Below are positions 25,427 to 38,695 of a stretch of DNA of 56,315 bases, piece after piece. The notes under the pieces were generated by a model. It saw only the letters and a program-made list of their open reading frames with translations. It did not search any database and had not been told where the DNA came from. Source of the stretch: Octopus bimaculoides (Eukaryota). Each line of letters starts with the position of its first letter. Within the stretch, counting starts at the first letter, position 1. Location of the stretch: the NCBI RefSeq assembly GCF_001194135.2, contig NC_068984.1, positions 28,052,711-28,109,025 of the forward strand, written 5' to 3'. The position numbers and the translations under genes were made by a program.

Positions 25427-26224
25427 TATTTATTACACAGGGGTATGGAATATATACAATTTTCTTAATTCATGATACTGATTTCATTTCTATTTACTTT
25501 TTTTACAGCAGAGTATTATTGAAGTAGTTTATAGTTAACAAGGGAATTGTTAAAAATATAACGCTTAAAACTATGAAAACGTCTGAAAATATTCTAATGA
25601 GCATAAGAAACAAAAATCAGTTGTCTCGGTTTGTGAAAAGTTATTGCATTGATAAGCTAAATGGATATTAGGCACACCAAAAGCAATTTTTGATATAATT
25701 TCATAGGAAAGATTCCGGCTTTCAATAAAATAAAAATGTAAAACACTTGCTTAAGCCATCTATAAAAGCAGCAAGAAATTGACGAATATCGTGATATTGA
25801 CACCTTCACAGTTGTCCGTAGGCTTGTAGAACTCGACATTGTCTCATTCCTGTCTGAAAGCTTCAATAGAGAGAAGAGTGACAGGAAATTACAGGAAATG
25901 ATAAAGAGTTATTATTTAGGTAGAGGGTGGGGGAAGAGATCAAACAGAGAAAAGAGGAATGCGAAAAAGATGAAGAGAATTTGAGAGAGTAAGATGTGGA
26001 AAGAATAAGAGCATTAGAGCAATAGGATAGTTAGATTAAGGCACAGAGAGTATGTTTAACTATGCGTAATTAGTGACAACCACAAAAACGTTGTCAACAG
26101 AATTATTCACACACGTCAGCTCACTACATGCATGCAGATAATAAAGTACACATACGCACAATTAGAATTACAAGCAAAAATTGTCTACACATGCATATAT
26201 GCGTGATTATTTTTATACATATAT

Positions 26225-27335
26225 ATATAGTGCATACCCAAAACTTTGTACACTTTAATAGTTGATAACTCAATTTTTAATTTCGCTTTAGATTTAACTC
26301 ATAAGAAATAATTAATGGGGCTACGTTAAACTTTGGACAAGACTCTTTTCCTCACTTGGTACTACAATTCAGGAGGGATTTTTAAAGAGATTCTCCGAAG
26401 GAATTGCAAGAACTGTACCAAATGCCCACATGAAATGTTCCAGAACACTGCGGACACCGACGAGTCCCAAAGATCCTGAAAGGTCATTAGAAATGCTGTT
26501 GCGGCAAGTAAGTCGTGGGATAGGAATTTCACAATAAGCATCAGTTGCATTTTGAAGCACTATCTGTACTCTCAATGAAGATGTGTACAGGACGCACATT
26601 TTCCAACAAGGAAAAAAGGTTGTTTGGAGTCAGGAAGCTACACTTAAATTAAACATCTCGGTTAAGCGTTACAATTGCACCTACTGGGAACCTGTAAATC
26701 CGAATATTACAGAAGAGAATAATGTTAATTTACCACGAGTTACATTATCGTATCTTACCATCGAAAGGATTAACTGGTTCACTCCTTTTAGATGTTACTG
26801 TGACCGGTCCCACTTATTTGCACCAGAATATCTGTCATGGCAAGTATCCAAGAGGACTTTGAGCATGTGCAGTTTCATTCCAATCAAGATGGGGTAATCC
26901 ACATTATCATAGTAATGTAAGGGCCTAACTCGGGGAGATCTTCCCCAAACAGGTGAACTGGACAAAGGGATTCAGTAGAATACCGCCTGCATTGATCAGA
27001 CTTCATACCACAAGAATTTTCGAGATGGTGGGAAGTATACTCAAAAGATAAAGTTTATGGTACAAAACCGCCAACAGTCGATGAGTTGAGAGCGGCCATT
27101 AAACAAGAGTGCGCGCAAATTCCAAACGAATTGCTTCTTGATGTTTAAGATTTCAGTGGTTCGAGTTATCAGTAGTGCTCGGACCAGAGCGGCCATCAGC
27201 TTGAAAACAGGTGTTTCTAAAATAATTCGTTCTGACCCGTAGATAGTATTAAATATTGATAACGAAATGTATTTTAGTAAATATTGAAAACAATTATTCC
27301 TTGTATGCATACGTTTTATCCGAGACACCCTGTTT
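26225..27335 (+). mobile_element. Tc1/mariner-superfamily element (rosa/DD41D-like), degenerate transposase
   Basis: KKVVWSQEATLKLNISVKRYNCTYWEPVNP resembles I(W/F)SDEA.F.LNG.VN..NC.YW...NP. KDKVYGTKPPTVDELRAAIKQECAQIPNELL is also present. The right end is GACACCCTGT; the left TIR is not clearly matched. Confidence 0.75.
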
Positions 27336-27402
27336 ATACATACATACATACATACATACATACATACACATATATGTGTGTGTGTGTGTGTGTGTGTATG
27401 TA

Positions 27403-28650
27403 TTCGAGGAGACACCCAAGAGCAACCGGAAGCGTTCTCTGTGAGACAAGCCCTTTGTCGTCCAGGCTTCTGCCGTTAGAAGCCACTTGATGCAACCCCC
27501 AGCATCAATCTACCAGCCGATGACGTCAAGTGAAGTCGTATTGCCACGTTGTGCGTCTTTGTTTTGCAGTGCTTCTCCCCTGTTCGTCGATTTTTGCGAT
27601 GGCTGAAACGAAGGAACAGCATGCTTCCATGACATTCTGTTTTCTGCTGGGGAAAACGGTGGCTGAAACAATTGCCATGATTCATACAGCTTATAAAGAT
27701 GCTGTCATGAGCAAAACACAAGTTTACGGGTGGTTTTCACGCTTTAGGAATGATCCCTTGTCGCTTGAAGACATGTCTCACTTAGGGCAACAGTCGACTT
27801 TCCAAACACCACGAAAATTCATGGACTGATTTTAGAAGATCGTCGCCGAACAATTGATGAACTTGTTGATATGACTGGTGTAGCCTGGATTTCCTGCTAA
27901 CGAATTTTGAGCGAGGAATTGTGAATGAAAAGCTTGGCTTGCTCACGGAAGATCAAAAGCAGGTACGACTGAATGCATGTCGTGAACTGAAAGAACAGTC
28001 GGAAGTTGATCCGGACCTTTTTCCGAAGGTCATCACTGGTGACAAAGGGTGTAGCTACGGCTGCGTTCTGGAACCGAAGCAGCAATCAAGTCAATGGAAG
28101 CATTCAATGTCACCACGCTACCCTCACCACCAAAGCGCGTCAAGTGAAGTCCAATGTCAAGATCATGCTGATTTGTTTCATCGAGGCGAAAGGAATTGTT
28201 CACACAGAATTTGTTCCTCCTGGTCAAGCATTATACTTGGCAATTCTGAAGCACTTGTAAGACGCGGTGAGACGAAAATGCTCTTGGAGAGTGGTGGTTT
28301 CATCACGACAATGCACCAGCGTAAACTGCCTTGAGTGTGAGACAGTTTTTGCTAATCCATTCTCCTTATCCACCCCATCTTATTTCCTGCGGCGTCTTTC
28401 TGTTCTTTCGAATGAAAATAGTTCTTAAAATTTTGCATATGTGGAAGAGATGAAGAATAAAACGACGGAGGCGTTAAAAGGCATCACTTCGCAAGAGTTC
28501 CAGGACTACTTCGATCAGTGGAAAATGCGTCTGGACCGATGCATTGCTGCAAATAGAGAATATTTTGAAGATGATAAAAATATAAGCACGTAAAACTAAG
28601 TGGATAAAATATAAATTTCAAAATTCCGGTTTCTTTTAAGTTTCTCCTTG
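27403..28650 (+). mobile_element. Near-full-length mariner transposon, frameshifted transposase
   Basis: TA-flanked imperfect TIRs TTCGAGGAGACACCCAAGAGCAACCGGAA and the reverse complement of TTCCGGTTTCTTTTAAGTTTCTCCTTG, about 21/29 matching. Protein pieces: MAETKEQHASMTFCFLLGKTVAETIAM...VYGWFSRFR, VITGDKGCSYG...PKQQSSQWK, KARQVKSNVKIMLICF and FHHDNAP. Confidence 0.92.
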
Positions 28651-28900
28651 TATTCATACATACATACATTCATGGTGGTGGTTGTCTACTCCTTAAACAG
28701 AGTTTGACCACCCCCTGCACCTACACCTTAGCCCTTTCATGGCGTCTGATGTGGCTTTTTAAACCAGACAGTGTTTTGAAAAAACACCCACACAGATTGC
28801 ACCTCTGATTTGCACTACCAATACCTGCAAGTAAGTTCTGCTCATTGTGGATCCTAACATGTCTTTTAAGACCCCCATACATTCATACATACATACATAC

Positions 28901-28933
<33 letters not shown>

Positions 28934-29409
28934 TACATATATANNNNNNNNNNNNNNNNNNNNNNNNNNNNNNNNNNNNNNNNNNNNNNNNNNNNNNNNN
29001 NNNNNNNNNNNNNNNNNNNNATATATATATATATATATATATATAAATACAACAGACATGAATACATATGTACATCATACTTACAAACGTACATACATAC
29101 ATTAGGTGTGTGTGTGTACATGTATAGGGAAATACATAGGCCCGGACAATCGTTACCATACTTCCAAACTGTGTTCTTGTATGTACTAAAATAATAGTAA
29201 AAAGAAAACTGTAGTTTGGTTAAGAAGGAAAGTAAGTAGAAACCATCGCTGTGAAGCAAGGGAGATGGTACTAATAGGGTCTCCAGGCCTTACGTAGAGT
29301 CTCATTTGCTTCTTGCACATATTCATTATATGTATGTCTATATGAAAATTTGATGATAAAATATAGTGACCTCTTCAGCTTCATTTTATAAATTTTCTCA
29401 TTGTTTCTA

Positions 29410-29560
29410 TGTTGCGTGGACGCTCCAGGCGATAAGTAGGCTAGTTCAATACGTATAAACAGCTAGATGAAAAGCGTCGCGCAGAGCAAGCGAGGAGCCG
29501 TCGAGTCGAGTCGTCGGAAATGAGAGTTGAGTAGAGGTCATCCGAACGGGCGATATAACA
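29410..29560. mobile_element. 151-bp solo LTR-like element with a 5-bp target-site duplication
   Basis: Begins TGTT and ends AACA. Flanked on both sides by TTCTA (29405-29409 and 29561-29565). GC-richer than the flanks, with an internal TATAAA. Confidence 0.75.
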
Positions 29561-29589
29561 TTCTACTAACAGCATCATGCCTCAACGTG

Positions 29590-29760
29590 ATGGCAACACC
29601 TGCAACAAACAATAACCACATTTCCCTCAAAATCAAATTTTAAAAGAAAGAGCATTAATGTAATTCCAGATATACCATGATAAGATTGTCATAGCTGGAA
29701 TATTCTTTGATTCTAGATCTGCTTGGTGAGAGGTGGCCTGCAGTTAAACGATAGCATATA
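29590..29760 (+). repeat. Unclassified dispersed repeat; related pieces near 4340-4460, 19310-19420 and 51120-51255
   Basis: Shared degenerate blocks such as CCCTCAAAATCA...GTCATAGCTGGAAT...CTAAACAAC. Judged by eye only. Confidence 0.35.
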
Positions 29761-32700
29761 GGATAAACGGGAAAGTGACCTTTACGAATTAACAGCCAAA
29801 TCTCTCTGAAATCCATTAGATAATCATTTAGCTCATTATATAGTTTTGATTTAGAGAGATAAATATTAAAAATGGTATGATCATGTTATTCAAAAGCTTT
29901 TACTATATCTATTAAAACTGAGAAAATGCTTTTAATAACCTCTTTTTTTCTATTAGATTAAATGTCATCATCAGAATCTATAAGTGTCTGTCTTAGATGA
30001 ATAGAATTTATTAAAACCATATTGATTGCTCTTAGATTATTATCATTAAGATGTAAGTAGAATTGATTATAGATTATCAATTCAGTGAGCTTTGACATTA
30101 CCAGTAGCAAAAGAATTTCAAGTTGTTTTTCTGTAAATTAATTATCTCAAGTATTTCACAGATATTTACAGACTCGGTTTTAATTTTATCTTTAACACAT
30201 TTAAGTCCAGAGTAGTCAGCAGCAACCAATGTTTGCCTTGTCTACAGGTGAAATTATTTGAAAATATTTTGAGCAAGAATTATGCTTTATATTCTGAAAT
30301 CGGTCTAAGAACACTATAAAAATTGGTCAGTGTGATGAGTTCATGCTGCTAGCTTAAAACTATTTAGTTATTTTCTAAAAATTTACGTTTTATTAGTATA
30401 CTCATAATTGTAGCATATTTTTAATCGAAATGGAAATGTTTTTTCTGGAACTAAAACCTTTTTCGAAGCATAGAAATATAGTTTATCGATTTTTCTTTAT
30501 TTTAATATTAGTAATTATTTTATTAATCCATGAAAGATGAAAGAAGGAGCCGGCTCTGGTAAAATTGAAATTCATAAACATTTATTGAAAAATTAATGAT
30601 TTATAATAATTATTGTTTATTCATAGAAGTTCAACGATTCATAAAAGAGGTACTCAGCCACAAATTTACTTAATATTTCCGAAGAGTCCAAGTAGCTGCC
30701 AATATTTTCTTGTTATAACCACAGAAAACTTTATTTTTTTAATTTATACGAATATTAAACGTTTTTAAGAGAATGAACTTCACCTGTCACGGATAACAAC
30801 AAGCAATCAGTCTCAACGTTCCCAGCATCATTTCGAAATTCCTGCTTCTCTTTTGTCACCATATTTTTTATGAAATACATTGCTTACGTATTATCATTAA
30901 TTTTGGAAATAATCAAGAATAGCAGACGATTTTATATGAAAGAACCAGGAGGGATTTCAGGTGGGTTGGTATCAAAATGGTTTATCCGAATTCTGAGCTT
31001 TTAGAGTATATTTAAACCAGAGTAGCTGGGTGTACCACGTTATAATTGCAATGTCAAAGGACATGATATACCAATGCTTTGTCATCTTGAAATTGGGAGG
31101 CACTGTTAATATGATGCTGGCAAGGATAAAAATATATTTAAAGACATTCACGTTGCTTTTCGTCATGCACAACAATTTGTATATTTCATGGCCGTAAAAA
31201 ACACCACCTAATTTTATTATAAGATACTTTGACAGTTTTCGTTTTGCAGACTCTACACCTATTTCTTATTTAACTTGGAAACCATTAATTTTCTGACTAG
31301 TTCTCTCATATTAATTTTAGGGAATAAGTTTATTGCACAGTTTCATTATGAACTCACTCTGTAAAAACACTTTTTTTTTTGCATTCCTTTCAAATGTAAT
31401 GTTCCGAAACAGCTTTTCTCCATACGATATCGCATTCTTTCTCTTAATAAAGGCTATGCAAAAAGATGAGACGTCATGTACAGGAATTCACTTGATTATT
31501 GGTGTACTCACTCAATGTTGACCTGGAGTTAAACAACAAGTTTCTGACGTTTATATTGTTATATTCTGGGCGACAGCTTCCTTTCTTCCATTTTATATTG
31601 CGTCCCGATAAAAAATATTTCAAAATGTACAGAAAAGCATCACGTCATCTGTCTTTTGCTCCTTTGTAAACTGTATCATAATGTTTTTACCTCGTCTAAC
31701 AAATCCTTTAATCTACATTTGTTGATTTTTCCTTGTTTTTACCTTTTTTACACTTGAACTGATTATACTGCAAATACTTATGTGTAACTTTTGTTTTAAC
31801 CTATAGCATAATTTTGAAAAGAATTATAGTGTTAGAAGAACGGCCTTATGGCACATACGCCAGTGACTCCAATAATATGTGAAATTCGTGAATACTTTCT
31901 AGTGATGCCACGGATAAAATTATGTAAACATTTTTCTTAATTTGCCTTATAGATAAGAAAATAACTTTTATTTTATATAATTTATCACTTGTTTGTTTCA
32001 AGAATATGATATCTTGCAACACTGTGTACTTGAGATGATTTTAAAGTTAAATTGGAAAATATAGAAATATAAGGTATATGTTTACATGGCTGTATGTTAT
32101 ATTAATAATTTAAAGCACAAAATATGAATATTTAAAAAAATAATATCAAACAATATTTAAGTCACTAAATCAATTCCCAAGAAACCTGCCTTGTATTGTT
32201 ACATATTGTAAACTGACGTCTTTTTTTTTTCTTTTTTACTTGAATATAATTTCTAATCATAATTACTCAACAAGCAATTGTGAATATATTGTATTTTTCA
32301 GTTAGATTAACTGAAACAATCTGATTGATACCTTGTCAAGAGACGCAATCCACTGGCTGAAAACAGATTTTAAATTCTGAGCTTGTCAATAGATGCTAAT
32401 TTTTTTTCTCGAAGCAAGAATTTTGGCACTAATTGCTGTTTTGAAATTGTTAACATTTCATTATATAGGAAATGTTTTCTTGTCCAACAAATATTGCCAA
32501 TATTTTAAAATTCATTTGGCTCACATGATTGAATCTTACTTATCCGTTCATTTCATTTATGTCTCTGTTTGAGAATTGTGTTTTATATATTGTTAGAAGA
32601 TGTGGTTCATGATCAAAGAATTTACAGCTAATCTGATAAATATGTTATTAATGAAGCACATTTTGTTTTAAATCTGTGTTGGTAATATTGGTTTCGAGCG

Positions 32701-33695
32701 ACTCAAGACATTGAAATGACAAAATAACTTTGAAATGGATTAAATTCCACTAACCGAAAATTAAAGAAAAAGAGAAAAAAGAGACGTTCGAATCATTATG
32801 CTGCGCTTATTTTGAATAACGTGATGTTGAAATTTACTTTTAAATGATTGATGTATAAAATTTCATTTATAATTCCTTGAATGTTTGTGAATTTTCTGAC
32901 TAAATATGCAATATATATATTTATATTCGTTGACAGATTATCTATCTGTTTATTAATTGATTGTTAAATATTCTATATATAGTTTAATGAATATGTTATC
33001 ATTATATAATATTATATGGCCGTCTACATAGCCGTGTGGTTAAGAAGTTTGGTTTGCTAAGATATAGCTCTGGGTCCAAAAACACTACACGAAAGGCAAT
33101 AGTGTATGTATGTGTGATTTTGTGTGCCTTCGTGTACACCAGCTAAATGTGTCAAGCTACGTAACTTCATCGGAAAGAAAGGTACTATTCTCTGTAAAAA
33201 TAAACTAATTGTCTACCTAATGCATTCATTGATACTTCCTAATCATACCTGTCAGTGTGTGAGTTTTAGTTTTGCATTAGTAGATCAGCCACATGTCACT
33301 CTGCATTGAATTTTTACAGCTACTACTTTCGGTGGATTCACAATCACGACTGCCATCATGCAAAATAAAAGGTTTTACTGATGATTATTTTTTACCTGGA
33401 ATACTTTTATGCAATATAAGTTCAGTTTTTTCATTGGGTGTGCTGAATGATTTTCAAGGGAAATACACCTTGCTAGGAAACTTATTTATCTCTTTCTTTT
33501 GAATATTTATTCGTTCCAAGCTAATTATCTCTCTTGTCGCTCTTTCTTTGATGCATGAACGTATGCACATAAGTCAGATACACTACAACCACCGAGTAAA
33601 GCATTAGTATTTTAAGTATCTTATGTGTACGCATGTATGTATATGTACACACAGACACACATACACATATACATACATATACATATACATACATT

Positions 33696-33699
<4 letters not shown>

Positions 33700-33765
<66 letters not shown>
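33700..33765. repeat. (TA)n microsatellite within a compound CA/TA/TG tract (33640-33840)
   Basis: Read directly from the sequence. Confidence 0.95.
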
Positions 33766-33771
<6 letters not shown>

Positions 33772-33805
33772 TACATATACATAAATGTATATATATATAT
33801 ATGTG

Positions 33806-33838
<33 letters not shown>

Positions 33839-34371
33839 ATACGCTCATACATATTTGAAGGCAAAGGTCCTTTTACTGGTATGCAAAACGTAAAAATATC
33901 AAGAAAGGTGACTTCTAAAATAACAGCTATTAATATTTTCGGAAATAACAACATTGATACAAATAGTGGGTTTTGCCTCGTAGCCAATTGAAGAAAGCAG
34001 CTGATATGTTTCAAACTTGTTAACTCTTTTCATTGAAGCTTATTCACAACATTTGGCACGAATTTGGATAAGCAAATATATTTAGACATGGAATGTATAT
34101 AGCAATACTAACTTTGTGCAACAATATGTGGCAGAAGAAAAACACCTCGGGAAATTGTATGCATGATATATGTTTACATAGATATATATAGCACATACAT
34201 ACACACATGCCTGCATAGATACGCATGTGCGCGCGCGCGCGTATTGGTTATTAGCAACGAAAGCAGTATGGATTGAATAGCATTCTTTATATCCAACATA
34301 ACGTGAATATACTTTAGGAACACCATAAACTGCAGAATTCGTTCCGAGAAAACATTTTGTATCGACATATA

Positions 34372-34565
34372 GTGCTAAACAACGCAGAATATCTGTAGCA
34401 GGTATTTCGTCTGTCTTTATGTTCTGAGTTCAAATTCCGCTGCGGTCGACTTTGCCTTTCTTCCTTCGGGGGTCGATAAATCAAATATCAGTTGCGTACT
34501 GGGGTCGATCTAATCGATTGCCCCCTCCCCCAAAATTACGGGCCTTGTGCCTAGAGTAGAAAATT
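34372..34565 (+). mobile_element. tRNA-derived SINE family C (conserved central domain, MetaSINE-like)
   Basis: GTTCTGAGTTCAAATTCCG (B box) followed by GTCGACTTTGCCTTTCTTCCTTCGGGGTCGATAAA...GGGGTCGATCTAATCGA. The same block occurs at 38030-38375, 52130-52300 (minus) and 54860-54965 (minus). Confidence 0.8.
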
Positions 34566-34641
34566 ATATTGCAGTTTATGGCGCCCTTAAAATATATATA
34601 CGTTAAATTGTGTGTGTGTGTGCGCGCGCGTGTGCGTGTGT

Positions 34642-34682
<41 letters not shown>

Positions 34683-34961
34683 CGCATGTGTGTGTGTGAT
34701 GAGCTTATTTCCGTAGTAGTAAGTGCGTTGGTTCAATCCACTCCATGGAAAACTACAATTAGATCTATACAGTGGTTTTCGTTGTTCTTTCCAATAAAGA
34801 TATGTTATTGCTACTGTTGGTCACACACTGACATACCTACAAGCAGCATGGTGTATATCATTAACTGTTCTCCAAATTCAATCGTTTTATTTCGCCCACA
34901 GTGTCCCCTCCCCCATACTTATAGTTGCATACAGGGCTTCCTATGAATGCAAGCCCCTTTT

Positions 34962-35189
34962 GAATTATAACTTCTCGTTTCATATACGTAACTTAACAGC
35001 TTTTATTCAGACTACAACATTTCAGTATTCTTCGCTCTTCCAGTATTTACTCAATCACCTTTATATAACTCGCTTATATACAACTCACCCTACGAGTACG
35101 CGCATTCCTCTTTATATCTATTTATGCATCTTTGAATATCGTAAAATAACAATACCCAGAAGATTATATAGAAACGTGCTGTTACACAG
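34962..35189 (-). mobile_element. Possible LTR fragment
   Basis: The minus strand starts TGTAAC, contains TATATAAAG then AATAAA, and ends GTTATAA. No TSD or PBS was found. Confidence 0.3.
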
Positions 35190-38029
35190 CTCAAGAGCAA
35201 TATCACATCTTGCATGAATATGCACACGTAGAGGGCCACATATAAATACTGATGTGTGTGTGCGTGTGTGAAATCATAGTCTGTCATTTCTCACATCTTA
35301 CCTCAGTAAATAACTACCAACCGGATGCCAGCATCTTACTTCACGCACCCTTTCAAATTTATCCACAGTCTCAGGTGAAGTAAAGGCAACTCTCGGAACA
35401 TGTATTTATACAATGCATGTATCTATGCTCCGAACCATTCCAAAGAATATCATCAAGAAAGTGATACTTGAATATGTTGTTTACATATACTGATGAACAC
35501 CGTCAAAACATACATATGTAAACCAACATACTTTGGCTGAGATCGATTGGAAAAACTTGTTACACACATCTACAGAGAACTCTTCACCACAGTGCAACTG
35601 GCTTCCCTTTACGTTTTGACTACTAAACCCTAAATATTGCGTTGAGTCAAAAGTTTTGCAATATTTTGTTAGCTTAGTTGCTTTATTCAAATTACAACAG
35701 AAGCAGCTTAACATTCAAAATAGACGCTACTTCTTTTAAAGATTGTAAAGGAACTAGATTTTGCAGGAAAGTTTACCTTTTAAGATTTAGGAAACACCAG
35801 GCAATAATTGAAGCGACGCTTAATTTGACTAAATTATCTTTCGTTTTGTGCTTAGATTGGTTGTGTTACTATTTAGTCGAATTATGCGACATGTTTTTCT
35901 GTAAACCGACTTCTATATATGCATTTTTGCAATATTCCACATATATACTTTATCACAGGGTATATGTGACAATTTTACTAATGTTGCCATATATGCATAG
36001 TAAAACAGTGGGCATATTGTTTGGGCGTTCATGATTTCAAATTTACGAATCTGTCTAAAATGTTAATTATGCTAATGATAGTGCTGGCGGTTATTAGGTT
36101 AACCTCTGCCAGCTAGATTTATTTTGAATCTATCTAGCTGGGGATAAATTTAATTAAACTGTCATATCTATAAATCTTGGCTTTACTTGAAACATTTCAG
36201 AATCTGTCCCTTGCCATGCCCCATGGGAAAATACAACGTATCACACACCCACTAAATGAAAGGAAAGAAACCATATCAAATTGCAAACACCAAAATACTT
36301 TTATCTTTGAGAACGTGTTTTAAACATTTGATAAGCTGAAAATGGCCCCCCCAAAAACGAGTAAATAACACATTTTGTAGTTTTAAGTATTCACTATGCA
36401 TCTAATGGGAAAAAACAGTAAACACATTTATATCCTGGAACAATCGACTCCAGTATCGATCCCTCCAATGTGTCACAGGAAAACAGTGTAACGTATCAGT
36501 TTGTAAACAAAACGCAAACACGTGGCTGGGCAGGACAGCAAAAGACGGGTAAGCAAGCTAGACAACAGCTCGGCTTGTTACTATCGAAGCAAGCACCAAT
36601 ATATCTATGGTTTTCAACTGGTTAAAGCTACACCAAATTTGTAAATTTGCAAACTTTAAAAGCTGTTAGCTGTTTATTTATTAATTTATGGCAAAAATGA
36701 ATGGCTTCTCAATAATTATCATACAAAACTACATCAGTACACCAAATGTGAGACCGATTGGAAAAAAAAATTGAAGAAAGTGAAAAGTGGCAGCCAAACA
36801 GAAAGGATCTGTGCGTATACACACACACACACACACACACAGATATGTATGTATGTATGTATGTATGAATGTATGTATGTAGATAGATAGATTGAGAGAG
36901 AGAGAAAGAATTAATAATATGCAGTGTCAATATTTTCATTGTTATACAAATTGTGGCATACGAGTTCAGTTCTATCCCGATTTGTGTATACTATAAATAA
37001 CTATAAGCTACTATTCTAGTTATATTGCAAAACATATATAGCCAACCATGAATATAATGTCAAAAGTAATGAAGCTGATCTTTTTTGGGTCAAATTAGAA
37101 AGAGGAATCGCGTGATTTTTACAAGAAAAGATTAAGATATGTTCATATAAAAAACATGCGCGCACATACCCATAATTTTACCTTACATCACTAGTGAATT
37201 TTCTACGTAGTACCAAATTACTGTACTTATCTAGTTATCTATCTGTTTTCTGTGTTTCAAACAATTTGTTTGCCAAATATTCTTATAAAAATTGCAATCG
37301 CGCCTGTTATGAAGAATTCAATTTCCTTTTGTTTATGTAAATTTTATGTTAAAGCATTTTATCAGCTTTGTAACAAACACTTCCTGAAAGTATATTCCTC
37401 CGACAGCACATAAAAGAAATATGACATCAAATATCAATTTTTTCCATCCTTCAATACTTCCCCAAAGAAGATCTTGTCTGTAGATGGTAACCTTAATTGC
37501 TCGCCTATTTTTCTTCTTCTGACCTTAATTTTAACGTCTACTATCATATTCTAATATCTATATCAGACAGCTGCTTTAAGTAATAGGAAATTCATATTTT
37601 ACTTTCCAATTCGAAGATTAAGCTTTCCATCGTGTATTACTATTGGTGGTGGCAGCGACAGTGGTGGTGGCAGCGACAGTGGTGGTGGAGCAAGTGGTGG
37701 GGATGGTGGTTGTTGTGGTAGATTTTAATTTGATACGAAATAATTATATATCTTCCATTCTTCGGGAAAATATTGCTGTCAGATGAGCTGAAACATTGTA
37801 TGCGTAAACACGAGAGATTTAATGTAACATTATATTCCTCATCATCAACATGATTATCATCATAGAAATCGGAAGATAAGGATAGAGATACAACCAAGAC
37901 TTGAATAGAACTGCAGACTGCAGATTGCAACAAATTCGTGAAGTGTATACAATTATATGTTTAAGGAATGTAACACAAGAAACCAGTTTAGTGGATACCT
38001 TCATTTGATGCTATTATTAGATAAAAAGA

Positions 38030-38375
38030 AAACATTGGAAAAAATGCATAGAGGTATCTCGTCCGTCATTGAGATTTGGGTTTGAATTCCACCGAGGCCG
38101 ACTTTCCATTCCATCCTTGTGAGTTCGATAAAATAAGTAGCAAATGTGCACGAGGGGGGGGGGGTCGATCTAATCGACTTACCCTGCGAAATTGCTCGCC
38201 TTGTACCAAAATTTGAAACCAGTATTAAACAAAACATTGGCGAAAATGCTTGGCATTTCTTATGTTCTGGGATCAAATTCTATCGAGGTCGTCTTTTCCT
38301 TTCATTCTTACGGGTTAAACACTGGGTCGATGTAATCGGCTAACTCTCTTCCTTAAAATTGCTGGTGTTGAGGCA
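38030..38375 (+). mobile_element. Two tandem SINE family C copies
   Basis: TTTGAATTCCACCGAGGCCGACTTTCCATTCC...GGGGTCGATCTAATCGAC, followed by GATCAAATTCTATCGAGGTCGTCTTTTCC...GGGTCGATGTAATCG. Confidence 0.75.
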
Positions 38376-38383
38376 AAATTGTG

Positions 38384-38695
38384 AAGGCGCGTGGCTCAGT
38401 GGTTAGACCGTCGAGCTCACAATCATGAGGTAATGAGTTCGATTCCCGGACCGGGTTGTGTGTTGTACTCTCTAGTAAGACATTTTATTTCACGTCGCTC
38501 CAGTTCACTCAGCTGTAGAAATGAGTTGCGACGGCACTGGTACCAAGCTGTAATCAGCCTTTGCCTTTCCCTTGGATAACAACGGTGGCGTGGAGAGGGG
38601 AAGCTTGTATGCGTGGGCGGTTGCTGGTCTTCCATAAACAACCTTGCCTGGACTCCTGCCTAGGATGGTAACTTCTAGGTGCAATCCTACCTCTG
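38384..38695 (+). mobile_element. tRNA-derived SINE family D
   Basis: A box TGGCTCAGTGGTTAGA and B box GAGTTCGATTCCC. The tRNA-like head runs into a non-tRNA body (GCTCCAGTTCACTCAGCTGTAGAAATGAGT...). Confidence 0.85.

Noticed and set aside
35300-35600. Possible Gypsy RT relic on the minus strand (QVFPIDLSQSM; HFLDDILW)
   Set aside because: Only two short motif-like matches, with the intervening motif not recognisable. Too weak to call.
38384-38460. tRNA gene (also 39839, 45880, 49174, 495)
   Set aside because: A and B boxes are present but there is no closed acceptor stem, and each runs into a shared SINE body.
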